DNA of 64,000 bases from an uncultured Chloroflexia bacterium (GTDB lineage Bacteria > Chloroflexota > Anaerolineae > B4-G1 > SLSP01). Both the position numbers and the translations under genes were made by a program. Under the pieces are notes generated by a model. The model was not told the DNA's origin. It was given only the letters and a program-made list of their open reading frames with translations, and made no database searches. Numbering within the stretch: the stretch's first letter is position 1; every line of letters starts with the position of its first letter. This document shows positions 22,662 to 33,135 of the stretch, in pieces. The stretch spans positions 64,001 through 128,000 of the forward strand of contig CAVVUS010000019.1 of the NCBI GenBank assembly GCA_963751345.1. Reading direction: 5' to 3'.

Positions 22662-23612
22662 GTGGAGCGAATGGCCGGCCCGGTGCTGGTGACCGGGGCG
22701 ACAGGGTTTGTGGGTCGCCACATGATCGACTTGCTGTTGAGCCACGGGTACGAGGTAGCCGCGGCGAGCATCCCCGGCGATCCCCTTCTCGCCGCGCTGC
22801 CGCCGGGCGTCTCCCGGTTGGCGTTCGACATCCTCGACCTTGACGCCACGACCGGGGTGCTGGCCCAACTGCACCCGTCTGTCGTCTTCCACCTTGCGGG
22901 GCTCGCGCGCGGCGGTGACCTCCAGCGGCTGCTGGCAGTGAACGTCATAGGCACAGAGTGTCTGCTCAAGGCAGCACGCGCGCTGGATCAGCCCGCCACC
23001 GTGGTCATACCGGGCTCCGCGTCGGAATATGGGATCCTCCCGGCTCCTGAGCCGGTGAACGAGGACGCGCCCCTCGCGCCGATCTCGGCGTACGGCGTGA
23101 GCAAGGCCGCGCAGACGCTGCTCGGGCTGAGCTATGCGCGGCGCGGTGACGTGCCTGTGGTGGTGGGGCGGATCTTCAACATCACGGGGCCGCGTGAGCC
23201 GCAGGCCATGCTCGTCGGGGCGATGGCCGGGCAGGTCGCCGCGATTGAGCGAGGCCGGCTCCCGGCCGTGGTCAGCGTCGGCAATCTCGATCCCTATCGC
23301 GATTACATCGATGTCCGCGATGCTGTGCAGGGTCTGTGGCTGCTCTGGCGCTATGGCGAGTCGGGCCGGGCGTATAACCTGTGCAGCGGCACCGCGATCC
23401 AGGTGCGTGAGGTGGTACGGAGGGTGGTGGCGCTGTCGAGCGTGCCGATCAGGATCGAGCCCGATCCCGACCGCCAAAGGCCCTCTGACATCCCGTACTG
23501 TGCCGGGGATCCGCAGCGTGTAGCATCCGCCACGGGCTGGCAGCCGCAGTATTCGCTCGACGAATCGCTCCAGGCTACGCTTTCGTGGTGGCGAGAGGCG
23601 TCGCAAGCCTAA
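22662..23612 (+). CDS. NAD-dependent epimerase/reductase (Rmd/GDP-4-keto-6-deoxy-sugar reductase-like)
   Basis: VTGATGFVG, GSASEYG, YGVSK, VGNLDPYRDYIDVRD. Confidence 0.8.
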   Translation: MERMAGPVLVTGATGFVGRHMIDLLLSHGYEVAAASIPGDPLLAALPPGVSRLAFDILDLDATTGVLAQLHPSVVFHLAGLARGGDLQRLLAVNVIGTECLLKAARALDQPATVVIPGSASEYGILPAPEPVNEDAPLAPISAYGVSKAAQTLLGLSYARRGDVPVVVGRIFNITGPREPQAMLVGAMAGQVAAIERGRLPAVVSVGNLDPYRDYIDVRDAVQGLWLLWRYGESGRAYNLCSGTAIQVREVVRRVVALSSVPIRIEPDPDRQRPSDIPYCAGDPQRVASATGWQPQYSLDESLQATLSWWREASQA

Positions 23613-24355
23613 GGCAGCGTATCGAGCCGGTAGTTCGTGACGAAGGGCACGAACCCGTGGGCCAGGGCACGCTTGATCGCTTTGGCCCTCAGAGCGTGGT
23701 CGCCGGGCGCCGCGTAATCGAGCGCCAGCAGTACATGCCGGTCGAAGGTCGCCCGCAATTCCAGGGCTTTCTGCGTCGTCCACGCGAGGTCCGCGCCGAG
23801 CCACGATCTGTAGCGTGTGCCGTCGTAGTGGCTGGTGAACGCCTCGAAGACCACGCCGTCCGCCACCTCGCGGACCGTCTCCAGGACAGTGAACCCACGA
23901 TTGACGAGCAGGCCGGTCTCCGGATAGGCCGCCCGGATCCGACGCATCAGCTGCTCAACCCCTGGTCGTGTATCCGCGACTCGGTCCTGCACGTCCACTG
24001 TGTCGAGAAAGAGTCCGCTGAAACCTACGCCCAGCAGGCGTGGCACCAGATCGTCGAGCACGTGATCCTGCCACAGCAACGACCGGCAGTCCACCAGACC
24101 CGTACCCCACTTCAGATTCACCATGGGTCTGCCGGTATCGGGATCGAGGATCTGCCACGGGCCCTCCGCTTCGGATCCGAAGGCTTCTCCCAACGATAGG
24201 TAAGCGAACGTCCGCGTGCCTGCCGCCTCGAGGGAGGCGATCTCCGGAGGCGTGTAGTGGGCGGCCTGCAGGATCACCAGATTGTAGGCTGCCAACTGGA
24301 CGAGGCGGCCCATACCGTAATAACACGCGTATCGCGTAGGTAGTGCCAATCGCAT
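23609..24355 (-). CDS. Endo-alpha-1,4-polygalactosaminidase-like hydrolase (GH114/PelA-hydrolase type), no signal peptide
   Basis: YACYYG, AYLSLGE, GFSGLFLDTVD, NRGF, FEAF motifs. Confidence 0.75.
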   Translation of the reverse strand: MRLALPTRYACYYGMGRLVQLAAYNLVILQAAHYTPPEIASLEAAGTRTFAYLSLGEAFGSEAEGPWQILDPDTGRPMVNLKWGTGLVDCRSLLWQDHVLDDLVPRLLGVGFSGLFLDTVDVQDRVADTRPGVEQLMRRIRAAYPETGLLVNRGFTVLETVREVADGVVFEAFTSHYDGTRYRSWLGADLAWTTQKALELRATFDRHVLLALDYAAPGDHALRAKAIKRALAHGFVPFVTNYRLDTLP

Positions 24356-24463
24356 ACGTATTTATTCCCCCCACATTCCCTCCGCTCTGCCCGGTCCACG
24401 TATTATAGACGATGTCGATCGGGTTGTCCGCCTCTCCTGTTCTAACCGTAATCCTCCTTGTGC

Positions 24464-24492
24464 TTGCGTTATGGTTGTATTATGACTATAAT
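24464..24492 (+). promoter_or_regulatory. Sigma70-like promoter TTGCGT-N17-TATAAT
   Basis: Directly upstream of the two-domain GH114 gene. Confidence 0.6.
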
Positions 24493-24512
24493 GCGCGGCA
24501 TGGAGGTATTAC

Positions 24513-26760
24513 ATGATGGTAAGCGAGATGTGTTTCAAAGTTGGCCGTTGGATGCGGCCCGCGGCGAAGAGCACTGTGGTGCTCATTCTCCTGCTGGTCC
24601 TCACACCACTGGCACAGGTCTCGGCACTGGCCGCAGCACCCGACATCGAGACACCAGCAGCGCAAGCCGCCGATCCGCCGTATAGGGTGTTTGTGCCCCT
24701 TCTGCGGCGCGATCCGGTACCCTCTCTTTCCACACCCACACCAACTCCTTCACCTACACAGGCTCCAGGCGGGGCCGACTGGTCCTCAGTAGAGACTTGG
24801 GTTTATCAACTATCGGGTTACACGAATGACTCACTGGATGAGATTGCAGCAAGCGGCTTCGACATGGCCGTGATCGATCTGGCTCGCGACGGTGGCAGCG
24901 ACTACTGGTCGCGCAGCGAGATCAATGCACTCCGGGCAACCGGTACGATCGCATTGGCCTACTTCGAAGTTGGGGCCATCGAGAACTACCGGCCGGAGTG
25001 GGGGGATGTCCCGGCTGATATGAAGCTGGGGGCTGTCTCGGGATGGCCATCAGAGCAATATGTGGCCTACTGGGACCCACGTTGGTGGCCGATCGTGCAA
25101 GGACGCGTCGACCAGGCGATTGCCGCGGGTTTCGATGGCGCCTACCTCGACATGATCGTGACCTATGAGGAGATCCCCGCCGGTGCAGCCGGGACCAACC
25201 GCGCCGATCTGGCCCAGAAGATGGTGGATCTGATCGCGCGCCTTTCGACGTATGCCAAGGCGCAGGATCCGGACTTCAAAGTTGTACCGCAGAACTCGCC
25301 CGAGCTGCGGAAGTACAATGGTTACCTGGATGCGATCGACGGGCTGGGCATGGAGGAGCTGTACTTCAAGGCTACAGACCGCGCGTGCACGCAGGCCTGG
25401 TGCTACGAGAACCAGGACAACGCCGCCGCGGTGGCGGCTGCCGGCAAACCGGTCCTGACCATCGATTACGCTAACGATCCGGCCAATATCGACAGCGCCT
25501 ACGAGCAGTCGTTGGCGGCCGGTTTTGTGCCTTACGTGAGCGTCGTCAACCTCGATGTCGTGCGACTCAACTGCCCCTGGAGACCACACCCGGTTCATCC
25601 GCCGCACCCGGGCGACCCGAAGTCCACCCCGACCCCAACCGGTACACCTGACCCAACCGCTACACCCGTGCCAACGTCGACGCCAACAAGCACGGCCACA
25701 GCCACCTTGACACCCACAAGTTCACCTACGGCATCGCCGACGCCGACGAGCCCGCCCACGGCGACGCCGCAGCCCACCAATACACCGACGCCGACGGCGA
25801 CGCCCACGGCAACCCCGACACCTACGAGCACGCCTACGGCAACGCCGCAGCCGACCAATACACCTACGCCGACGGCGACGCCCACGGCGACCCCGACACC
25901 TACGAATACACCTACACCCACCCCAACCGCACCGGCGGGCGGGGGCAACTGGGGGTCGGTATCGGACTGGGTCTATCAGCTGAGCGGGTACCAGAACGAC
26001 AGCCTGAACCAGATCGCCGCAAGCAACTTCGATCTGGCGGTCGTGGATCTGGCACGTGACGGTGAAGCAGATTACTTCACGCGAGCCGAGGTGCAGGCGG
26101 CACAGGCTACGGGCAAGATCATACTGGCCTACTTCGAAATCGGGGCCATCGAGAACTATCGCCCGGAGTGGGGGGACGTCCCGGCGGATATGAAGCTGGG
26201 CGCCGTGGACGGATGGCCGTCGGAGCAGTATGTGGCCTACTGGGATCCTCGCTGGTGGCCGATCGTGCAGGGCCGGGTTGACCAGGCCCTGGCAGCAGGC
26301 TTCGATGGCTGCTATCTGGACATGATCGTGACCTATGAGGAGATCCCCGCGGGCGCCGCAGGCACCAACCGTGCCGATCTGGCACAGAAGATGGTGGACC
26401 TGATCGCGCGCCTTTCGGCCTACGCCAAGGCAAAGGCCCCTGACTTCAAGGTGGTGCCACAGAACTCACCTGAGCTGCGGACGAATACGGGTTATATGAG
26501 CGCCATCGACGGTCTGGGTATGGAAGAGCTCTACTTCATGGCGACGGACAAAGCCTGCAGCCAGAGCTGGTGCATCGAGAACCGAGACAACGCTGCTGCG
26601 ATCGCAGCAGGCGGGGAAACTCGTGCTGTCGATTGACTACGCCAACAATCAGGCGAACATCAGCAGCGCCTACACCCAATCGCGTGCTGCGGGGTTTGTG
26701 CCCTACGTGAGCGTGGTGGCCTTGGACGTGATGCGCATCAACCCGGGGTTCGAGCCCTGA
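24513..26760 (+). CDS. Secreted tandem two-domain GH114 (TM1410/MJ1477-like) hydrolase with Pro/Thr linker (frameshift ~26615)
   Basis: Signal peptide; two near-identical domains with [14 protein letters not shown], GFDGx[18 protein letters not shown]. Ends ...INPGFEP* at 26760. Confidence 0.85.
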
Positions 26761-26831
26761 TCTCTGTCGTTGAGAATCACTGAGCCGACCGGGTCGGGAG
26801 CACTCCCGTACGTCGCTTCCGGCCCGGCCGT

Positions 26832-26858
26832 GAGATGGCACCCATCGGGTGCCATCTC
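26832..26858 (+). terminator. Hairpin GAGATGGCACCC-ATC-GGGTGCCATCTC
   Basis: 12-bp perfect stem followed by TTGCTT, downstream of the GH114 gene. Confidence 0.55.
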
Positions 26859-26886
26859 TTGCTTATAGTTGCATTCTAATTATAAT
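26859..26886 (+). promoter_or_regulatory. Promoter TTGCTT-N16-TATAAT, possibly driving a leaderless mRNA
   Basis: An in-frame ATG at 26893 lies 7 nt after the -10 box. Confidence 0.5.
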
Positions 26887-26892
26887 GGCGTA

Positions 26893-27972
26893 ATGGGTTT
26901 GCGAATGATGACCACAAGAACCACGTTCCTCGTCGGGAGCCGCCTGCGTGCACTTGGTGCAGTCCTGGTTCTGGCGGGAGTCACGCTCGCGCCGGTTCCC
27001 TTTGCCAGGTCGTCCGATCTGGGTGGGTCTACCTCTGGTCCGCTACCTGCCGCGCTTGCCGCCGCCGCGGAGGGGACGCGCGTCTACTTGCCGCTGGTTC
27101 AAGGTCAGATGCCCCCCGCGGTTTCTCCGCCGACACCGGTCCCGCCGTCCGACGATGGGAGCTGGAATGGCGTCGCGAACTGGGTCTACCAACTGAGTGG
27201 TTATCCCAATGGTTGCCTTGACCAGATCGCCGGTTCGGGCTTCGATCTGGCGGTGGTCGACCTCGCCCGCGACGGGAGCGATGACTACTTCACACGCGCC
27301 GAGGTCGGGGCTGCCCAGGCGACGGGCAAGGTGATGCTGGCCTATTTCGAGATCGGCGCCATCGAGGACTATCGTCCCGAGTGGGGTGACGTTCCGGCGG
27401 ATATGAAACTCGGCGCTGTGGACGGGTGGCCCTCCGAGCAGTACGTGGCCTACTGGGATCCGCGCTGGTGGCCGATCGTGCAGGGCAGGGTCGACCAGGC
27501 GCTTGCGGCGGGCTTCGACGGCTGCTATCTGGACATGATCGTGACCTACGAGGAGATCCCGGCCGGCGCCGCAGGCACCAATCGGGCGGATCTGGCTCGA
27601 AAGATGGTCGACCTGATCGCGCGTCTCTCGGCTTACGCCAAGGCGCGGGATCCGGGCTTTAGGGTAGTCCCACAGAACTCACCGGAGTTACGTGAGGTCT
27701 CAGGCTATCTGGACGCGGTCGACGGGCTGGGCATCGAGGAGCTCTACTTCCTGGCCACGGACAAGGCGTGCACCCAGACCTGGTGCTACGAGAACCGGGA
27801 TCACGCTGCGGCGATTGGGGCCGCGGGGAAGCTCGTCCTGACCATCGACTACGCCAACCAGCAGGCCAACATCGATAGCGCCTACAAGCAGTCGTCGGCC
27901 GCGGGTTTTGTGCCCTACGTGAGCGTCCGGAACCTCGACGTCGCGCGACTCAACGTCGGATGGGAGCCGTAA
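26893..27972 (+). CDS. Secreted single-domain GH114 hydrolase
   Basis: Third near-identical GH114 domain, preceded by a signal peptide and VYLPLVQG. Confidence 0.85.
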   Translation: MGLRMMTTRTTFLVGSRLRALGAVLVLAGVTLAPVPFARSSDLGGSTSGPLPAALAAAAEGTRVYLPLVQGQMPPAVSPPTPVPPSDDGSWNGVANWVYQLSGYPNGCLDQIAGSGFDLAVVDLARDGSDDYFTRAEVGAAQATGKVMLAYFEIGAIEDYRPEWGDVPADMKLGAVDGWPSEQYVAYWDPRWWPIVQGRVDQALAAGFDGCYLDMIVTYEEIPAGAAGTNRADLARKMVDLIARLSAYAKARDPGFRVVPQNSPELREVSGYLDAVDGLGIEELYFLATDKACTQTWCYENRDHAAAIGAAGKLVLTIDYANQQANIDSAYKQSSAAGFVPYVSVRNLDVARLNVGWEP

Positions 27973-28195
27973 AGACGATTCGGTAGCTCTATCTGTAACC
28001 TTTCGAAGGTGGCCCGAGGATCGGCGCTGATGCCGCCGACCCTCGGGCTTGACCTATCGCGAGGTCGGTTGAATGATAACCTTGCGAAGGTCGTGTCGCG
28101 CCTTCTCTTGTGGGCGCCGGCGGTTACGCAATCATCGTCGATGCGAGGCCCGGTCGCAACCTTGGCAAGGTTTGCAGCTCCCTTAGGAGGCGACG

Positions 28196-30148
28196 ATGCG
28201 ACGTCGGTGGTTATTTGGCATCCTGATTCTGTTGGCGCTGGCGGTGCGCCCGACGTACGCCGCGCCCGCTCCACCGGAGGACTTCGGCGGCGGGCCGATC
28301 GAGCCCCCGCGGTCCGAGATTTCCGACGCGGAATGGGCCTCGATTCAGCACGACGTCGATGCGGCCATCGCGCAGCTCGAGGCCGACGGTCGCCTCTCCG
28401 CGGCGAGTGGGGAGGCCGTCTCCTTCGGCTGGCCGCTGCGCGCGGCCAACGGGCTCACCGACTACGGCTACCACGGCGTCTCGGGCTTCGTCGATCACAA
28501 CCCGGCGACGGGCGCGTGGCTCGACTACACCTGCGGCAATAGATCCTACGATCTGAGCAGCGGCTACGATCACCAGGGCACCGACTTCTTCACGTATCCC
28601 TATCCCTGGTACAAGGTGGAGCACTCCGAGGTCGAGATCGTGGCCGCAGCAGCGGGCACCCTGGTCTCCCGACACGATGGGGAGTATGACCGGCAGTGCG
28701 CGATGACCGGCGTCACCGCCAACTCCGTCGTGATCCGCCACGCCGATGGGACGCTGGCCTACTATCTGCACATGAAGAAGGGGTCCGTTACGCCCAAGGG
28801 TGTCGGGGCATCCATCGCGGCGGGGGAGTACCTCGGCGTCGTCGCGAGCTCCGGCAGCTCGACGGGGCCCCACCTTCACTTCGAGGTGCGGTCGGCGACC
28901 AATCAGGTGCTCGACCCCTTCCACGGTGCCTGCAACGCGCCGGCGTCCATGTGGGCAGACCAACCTCCCTATTACGATTCGGCGGTGATCGCGGTTCACA
29001 CCGGTGATGCGCCACCCTACCGGCCCACGTGCCCCGGCGTCGAGACGACGCACATCGAGGACCATTTCGCGCCCGACGACACGGTCTATTTCGTGACCAC
29101 CTATCGCGACCAGCTTGCCGGACAGCAGAGCACCTACCGGGTTATCCGGCCTGACGGCTCCACGTACCAGACCCGGACCTATACCGCCACCTACCCGCAC
29201 TACACCGCCTCGTACTGGTACTGGTCGACGGGCCTTGATCTGTACGGGACGCCGCCCCTGGGCACGTGGCGCTTCGAGGTCGACTTCGAGGGCCGGACCT
29301 ACGAGAACGAGTTCCACGTCGGCGTGCCGACGGCGATCACCGTGACCTATCTTAACGGCGGGGAGGCCTGGCCTACGCGCGGCGTACTCCCTATCACCTG
29401 GGACGACACGGTGCCCGGCAATGTCGGGATCGATCTCTACGCCGGCGGGGCGCTCACCCGGCCGATCACCACGTCCACGCCCAGCGACGGCGTCGTCTTC
29501 TGGGGGATTCCTGCAGATCTGGCGCCAAGGACCGACTACCAGGTGCGGATCACGGAGCTGGCCAACCCCGCCGTCTTTGACGAGAGCGACGCCGCCTTCA
29601 CGATCGCGCCCGTGCCGGTGGCGGACTTCGTCGCGGCGCCGGTCACGGGGATTGCGCCGCTGACGGTGAGCTTCACCGACACTTCCAGCTCGCTCGTGGA
29701 TGCGTGGCGGTGGGGGTTCGGCGACGGGATCACGGCGACCCTGCAGTACCCAACGCACGTCTACACTACCACCGGCGTCTATACGGTTACCCTGTCGGCA
29801 ACCGGCCCGACGGGTACCGGCGTGATCACCCGCACGGATGCCATCACGGTCACGCCGCCGCCGCTTGCCGCGGACTTCACGGGCTACCCGATCCTGGGCA
29901 CGCCACCGTTGACGGTCACCTTTACCGACCGCTCGGTTGGCCCGCCGGTTGGGGCGTGGGCGTGGGCCTTTGGCGACGGCATCACCAGCACGCTGCAGCA
30001 TCCTGTGCACGCCTACACGCAGACCGGCGTCTACACCGTCACGCTGGGCGTCATCGCGGCGGATGACGATGATCTCGTCGCGCGCCCGGCCTACGTCCAC
30101 GTCGTTGACCAGGTGTGGGGGGTGTACTTGCCGCTGGCCTTGCGGTAG
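28196..30148 (+). CDS. Secreted M23 peptidase with Ser/Thr-rich and two PKD domains
   Basis: Signal peptide; HQGTD, YLHM, SSTGPHLHFEV; two WxFGDG...PxHxYT..GVYTVTL repeats; C-terminal VYLPLALR. Confidence 0.88.
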   Translation: MRRRWLFGILILLALAVRPTYAAPAPPEDFGGGPIEPPRSEISDAEWASIQHDVDAAIAQLEADGRLSAASGEAVSFGWPLRAANGLTDYGYHGVSGFVDHNPATGAWLDYTCGNRSYDLSSGYDHQGTDFFTYPYPWYKVEHSEVEIVAAAAGTLVSRHDGEYDRQCAMTGVTANSVVIRHADGTLAYYLHMKKGSVTPKGVGASIAAGEYLGVVASSGSSTGPHLHFEVRSATNQVLDPFHGACNAPASMWADQPPYYDSAVIAVHTGDAPPYRPTCPGVETTHIEDHFAPDDTVYFVTTYRDQLAGQQSTYRVIRPDGSTYQTRTYTATYPHYTASYWYWSTGLDLYGTPPLGTWRFEVDFEGRTYENEFHVGVPTAITVTYLNGGEAWPTRGVLPITWDDTVPGNVGIDLYAGGALTRPITTSTPSDGVVFWGIPADLAPRTDYQVRITELANPAVFDESDAAFTIAPVPVADFVAAPVTGIAPLTVSFTDTSSSLVDAWRWGFGDGITATLQYPTHVYTTTGVYTVTLSATGPTGTGVITRTDAITVTPPPLAADFTGYPILGTPPLTVTFTDRSVGPPVGAWAWAFGDGITSTLQHPVHAYTQTGVYTVTLGVIAADDDDLVARPAYVHVVDQVWGVYLPLALR

Positions 30149-30214
30149 TCGTCTCCTCCTCTACCTGCGAGGCCGAGATGGGTCCAATCTTCCGAAGATA
30201 GGACCCATCTATTC

Positions 30215-31349
30215 TTACGGTAGCGCCCACCTCGTCCAAAGCAGACTGCACGGCTCGCCTTCGCGCACCTTCTGATAGTAGACGGTGAAGAGTGAGCCGC
30301 CGGGCAGCTCGACGCTGGCAGGATAGCCGAGGTCGCCGTCGGGGCCGTCGTCGCGCAGCACGTAGCCTGCCTCCCAGCTTTCGCCCTCGTCATAGCTGAC
30401 CATCGCGCGTTGCCCGAAGGGGGCCAGCCGGTAGCCGTAGACGGCGACGAGCGCGCCGCCGGAGTGGCGGATGACGTGCGGCGGAGAGCCGTGGAAGCCC
30501 AGCGGCTGCGCCGTGGTCCACGTGCGCCCGCCGTCGCCGGACGTGGTCTGCATCATCGAGAAGTCGGGGATCCCGGCGTCCGCCAGCAGAGGCGCGGTGC
30601 CGTGGTTCTGGATGCGGATGAGGCCCAGGAGCCGGTCGTGCCCAAGGGCGACGACGTGGGGCTCGTGGTAGTGCTCGGCGACCGTGTGCAGGGCCAACGG
30701 CACCGTGCCCAGCTCGTGCCACGTGAGGCCACGGTCCTCGCTGCGCCACGCCTGGATGGCCTCGCCGCGCCCGTGCGTGAAGACCTTGCCGAGGTAGAGC
30801 AGCGCGTGCCCGTCGGGGAGCAGGATAGGACCGTGCGGGGCGGTGACAGGGACGTGGCGTGGGGGACCCCAGGTGTCGCCTCCATCGTCGCTGACGCGCG
30901 TCCACGATCCGAGCCAGCGGTCGACGGCAGCGTCCGTAAGGCGCCGGAAGCCATCCTCATAGCGGCGGACCGCCGCGGGATCCGCCAGGCTGTGATAGCT
31001 CTTCGCGACGTCGTAGCGGCGGGTGTCGGACGTGAACCACGTGACGAGCAGCGCCCCGCCACCGAGGCTGACGATGCCGGCGTCGCGGTCGTCGATGGGC
31101 AGGTCGTTGATGACCGTGGGTGTTGTCCACGTGTGGCCCTCGTCGCGGCTGCGCAGGAGCAGCGTGCGCCCGAAGGGGTCCACATGGGTGTGGCGGAAGC
31201 CCCGAGGCCACGACCAGCAGGGCGCCGTCGTCGGTGCGCGCGACGCTGGGCCACCCGAAGTATCCGAAGAACTCGCCGGGCAGCGTGCAGACGACGCCGT
31301 GTTCCGCCGTGACGGGCCGCGGCGCGTGGTTCACGACCGGTGCGGACAT
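30215..31349 (-). CDS. Sialidase-family/BNR-repeat protein (frameshift ~31200)
   Basis: Asp-box repeats SRDEGHTW, SDDGGDTW, SEDRGLTW, SGDGGRTW, SYDEGESW; YFGWPSV N-terminus; DLGYPAS. Confidence 0.82.
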
Positions 31350-31526
31350 AGGAGCCTCCTTAGGATGACGATGGTGGTCAGTCTGTGCCAATTCGATGGG
31401 ACGTGCATCAGGTATCCGGAGTGCGGTGGCCTACAGCGCACGAAGGCGTGGGCACTGGGGCGGAAGTGTCGTGACATACCCCCACCGTTCAGAGCGGCAC
31501 GTGGGGCATCCTGATCGCAGGTCGGG

Positions 31527-32858
31527 TCATTCGGCGGCGTCACCCGCGGCCTGTAACTCCACGTCAGGCCGGTTGATCCCCGGTCCCTTCAGCAGGTACC
31601 ATGGACGGTGCATATCCAGTACCTGGGGCCGGATCCCTTTGACGAGACCGATCACGACGAGCATCGCCAGGCCACCGGCGAACCCATTGTTGTAGAGGTT
31701 AATGAAGCCGTGCAGGCTGCCCACGTGCATCACCATCGGGAGGTGCACCGCTCCGACGACCAACCCGGCGAAGAAGCCGAACTGGCCGGCGATCGGCGCG
31801 AGCGTGGTGCAAAAGAGGGCTGCCAGCAGCGGGCCCGGCTCAGCGTGGGTCCAGACCTTGGGAATGCACATCAAGTACACGCCCAGCATGATTGGGAAGA
31901 TATTGCGCAGGTGCTTGCCCAGCGCACCAAAGGCGACGATGGTCAGCACGCCTGCCAGCGTCGCCCCGTTGACGTCGCCGCCGACGATCAGGATGTAGGC
32001 GAGACCCAGAAGCCCCACGAGGCCCATGTTGACCAGTGTGGTCGGCAGGCCGGCGATCTCGACAAAGTCCGTGGAGAGCTTGCCCGTCTCGTCGCTGATC
32101 TTCCGGTACGAGGACCAGTTGGCGCCCCAGATGAAACCCAACGCGATGAGTATAAGGCAGACCGCGAGGGCCAGGGCCGCCAGGAACTCGGTGTACTGGG
32201 TTGACCAGTAGAAGGCCGGCGTGATCTCGAGGCCGAAACCCCGCATCATCATATAGGCTACCATCCCCACAAACCCACCGGTCGTCCCGGTGTTGTAGAG
32301 GTTGTATCCGAGATGCATACTGTAAATGTGTCCCATCAGCGCGGCCAGCAGGAAACCACCGAGAAGCCCCACGGCAACGGCACCGATCAGGCCGGCGAGC
32401 CCGAAGTCAAAGCCGAAGGCCATCTGTCCGACCAACGGCCCCAGCGTGGTCCCGAACAGATAGGGGGCCAGCAAGTCCGCCTGTTCACGTCCCGCCACAA
32501 CCCCGTAGAGATAGATGCCCCCGAATATGGGGAGGGTGTTCAGGGGATTCTTACCGAAGAATGCGAACCCCATCATCGTGAAGGCGCCGGCGAGGAGGTA
32601 GCCCGTGAACTTAGCACCAATGGCCCAAGGAATGGCCAGCGCGATCAACGTGACCAAGCCGGCGTTCACCAAGGCGGCCCCGAGGTTCGCGAGCGCTACA
32701 TAGTCCGTGATCAGGATGCCGGGTGAGGTGAAGATCGTGCCCAGCCCCGCAATGACATCGCGCGGCGGTGTCACGAGGAATCCAAGCGTGATGAGGCCGC
32801 AGCTGAAACCCAAGAGCAGCATGGTGATGCGACGCCGGTTCTGAGCAGCCGGATCCAT
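31527..32858 (-). CDS. DUF1576 family polytopic membrane protein
   Basis: Duplicated motifs LITDY/LSTDF, GFAFFGKN/AFGALGKH, LFGTTLGP/LFCTTLAP, GYNLYNTG/INLYNNGF. Confidence 0.8.
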   Translation of the reverse strand: MDPAAQNRRRITMLLLGFSCGLITLGFLVTPPRDVIAGLGTIFTSPGILITDYVALANLGAALVNAGLVTLIALAIPWAIGAKFTGYLLAGAFTMMGFAFFGKNPLNTLPIFGGIYLYGVVAGREQADLLAPYLFGTTLGPLVGQMAFGFDFGLAGLIGAVAVGLLGGFLLAALMGHIYSMHLGYNLYNTGTTGGFVGMVAYMMMRGFGLEITPAFYWSTQYTEFLAALALAVCLILIALGFIWGANWSSYRKISDETGKLSTDFVEIAGLPTTLVNMGLVGLLGLAYILIVGGDVNGATLAGVLTIVAFGALGKHLRNIFPIMLGVYLMCIPKVWTHAEPGPLLAALFCTTLAPIAGQFGFFAGLVVGAVHLPMVMHVGSLHGFINLYNNGFAGGLAMLVVIGLVKGIRPQVLDMHRPWYLLKGPGINRPDVELQAAGDAAE

Positions 32859-33135
32859 ATGTCCCCCTTCTTTGGTGGCACGCAGGCCAGGAGAGCACGA
32901 CATTCCAGACCCTATGCAGCCCCAGGCCCACTTGCGGGTCACGGTTGCCCCGAGAATCTACGGAGCGGTTGTCAAGCAACGCAGCAGACACCGTGGCTGA
33001 GATCATAGCCGACTCGAGCGATTTGGCAAAGGTCATGTCCGAGCCTTCAGAGGCGGGCGGGTTGACGGTCGACGACTCCGGGCGTATGCTCGGTGCTATC
33101 GACTGACGATGCAAGGAGATCAGGAGGCGGTTCCG

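Noticed and set aside
25595-25948. Val/Gly-rich minus-strand ORF and tandem DNA repeats
   Set aside because: It is the antisense shadow of the Pro/Thr linker of the GH114 protein.
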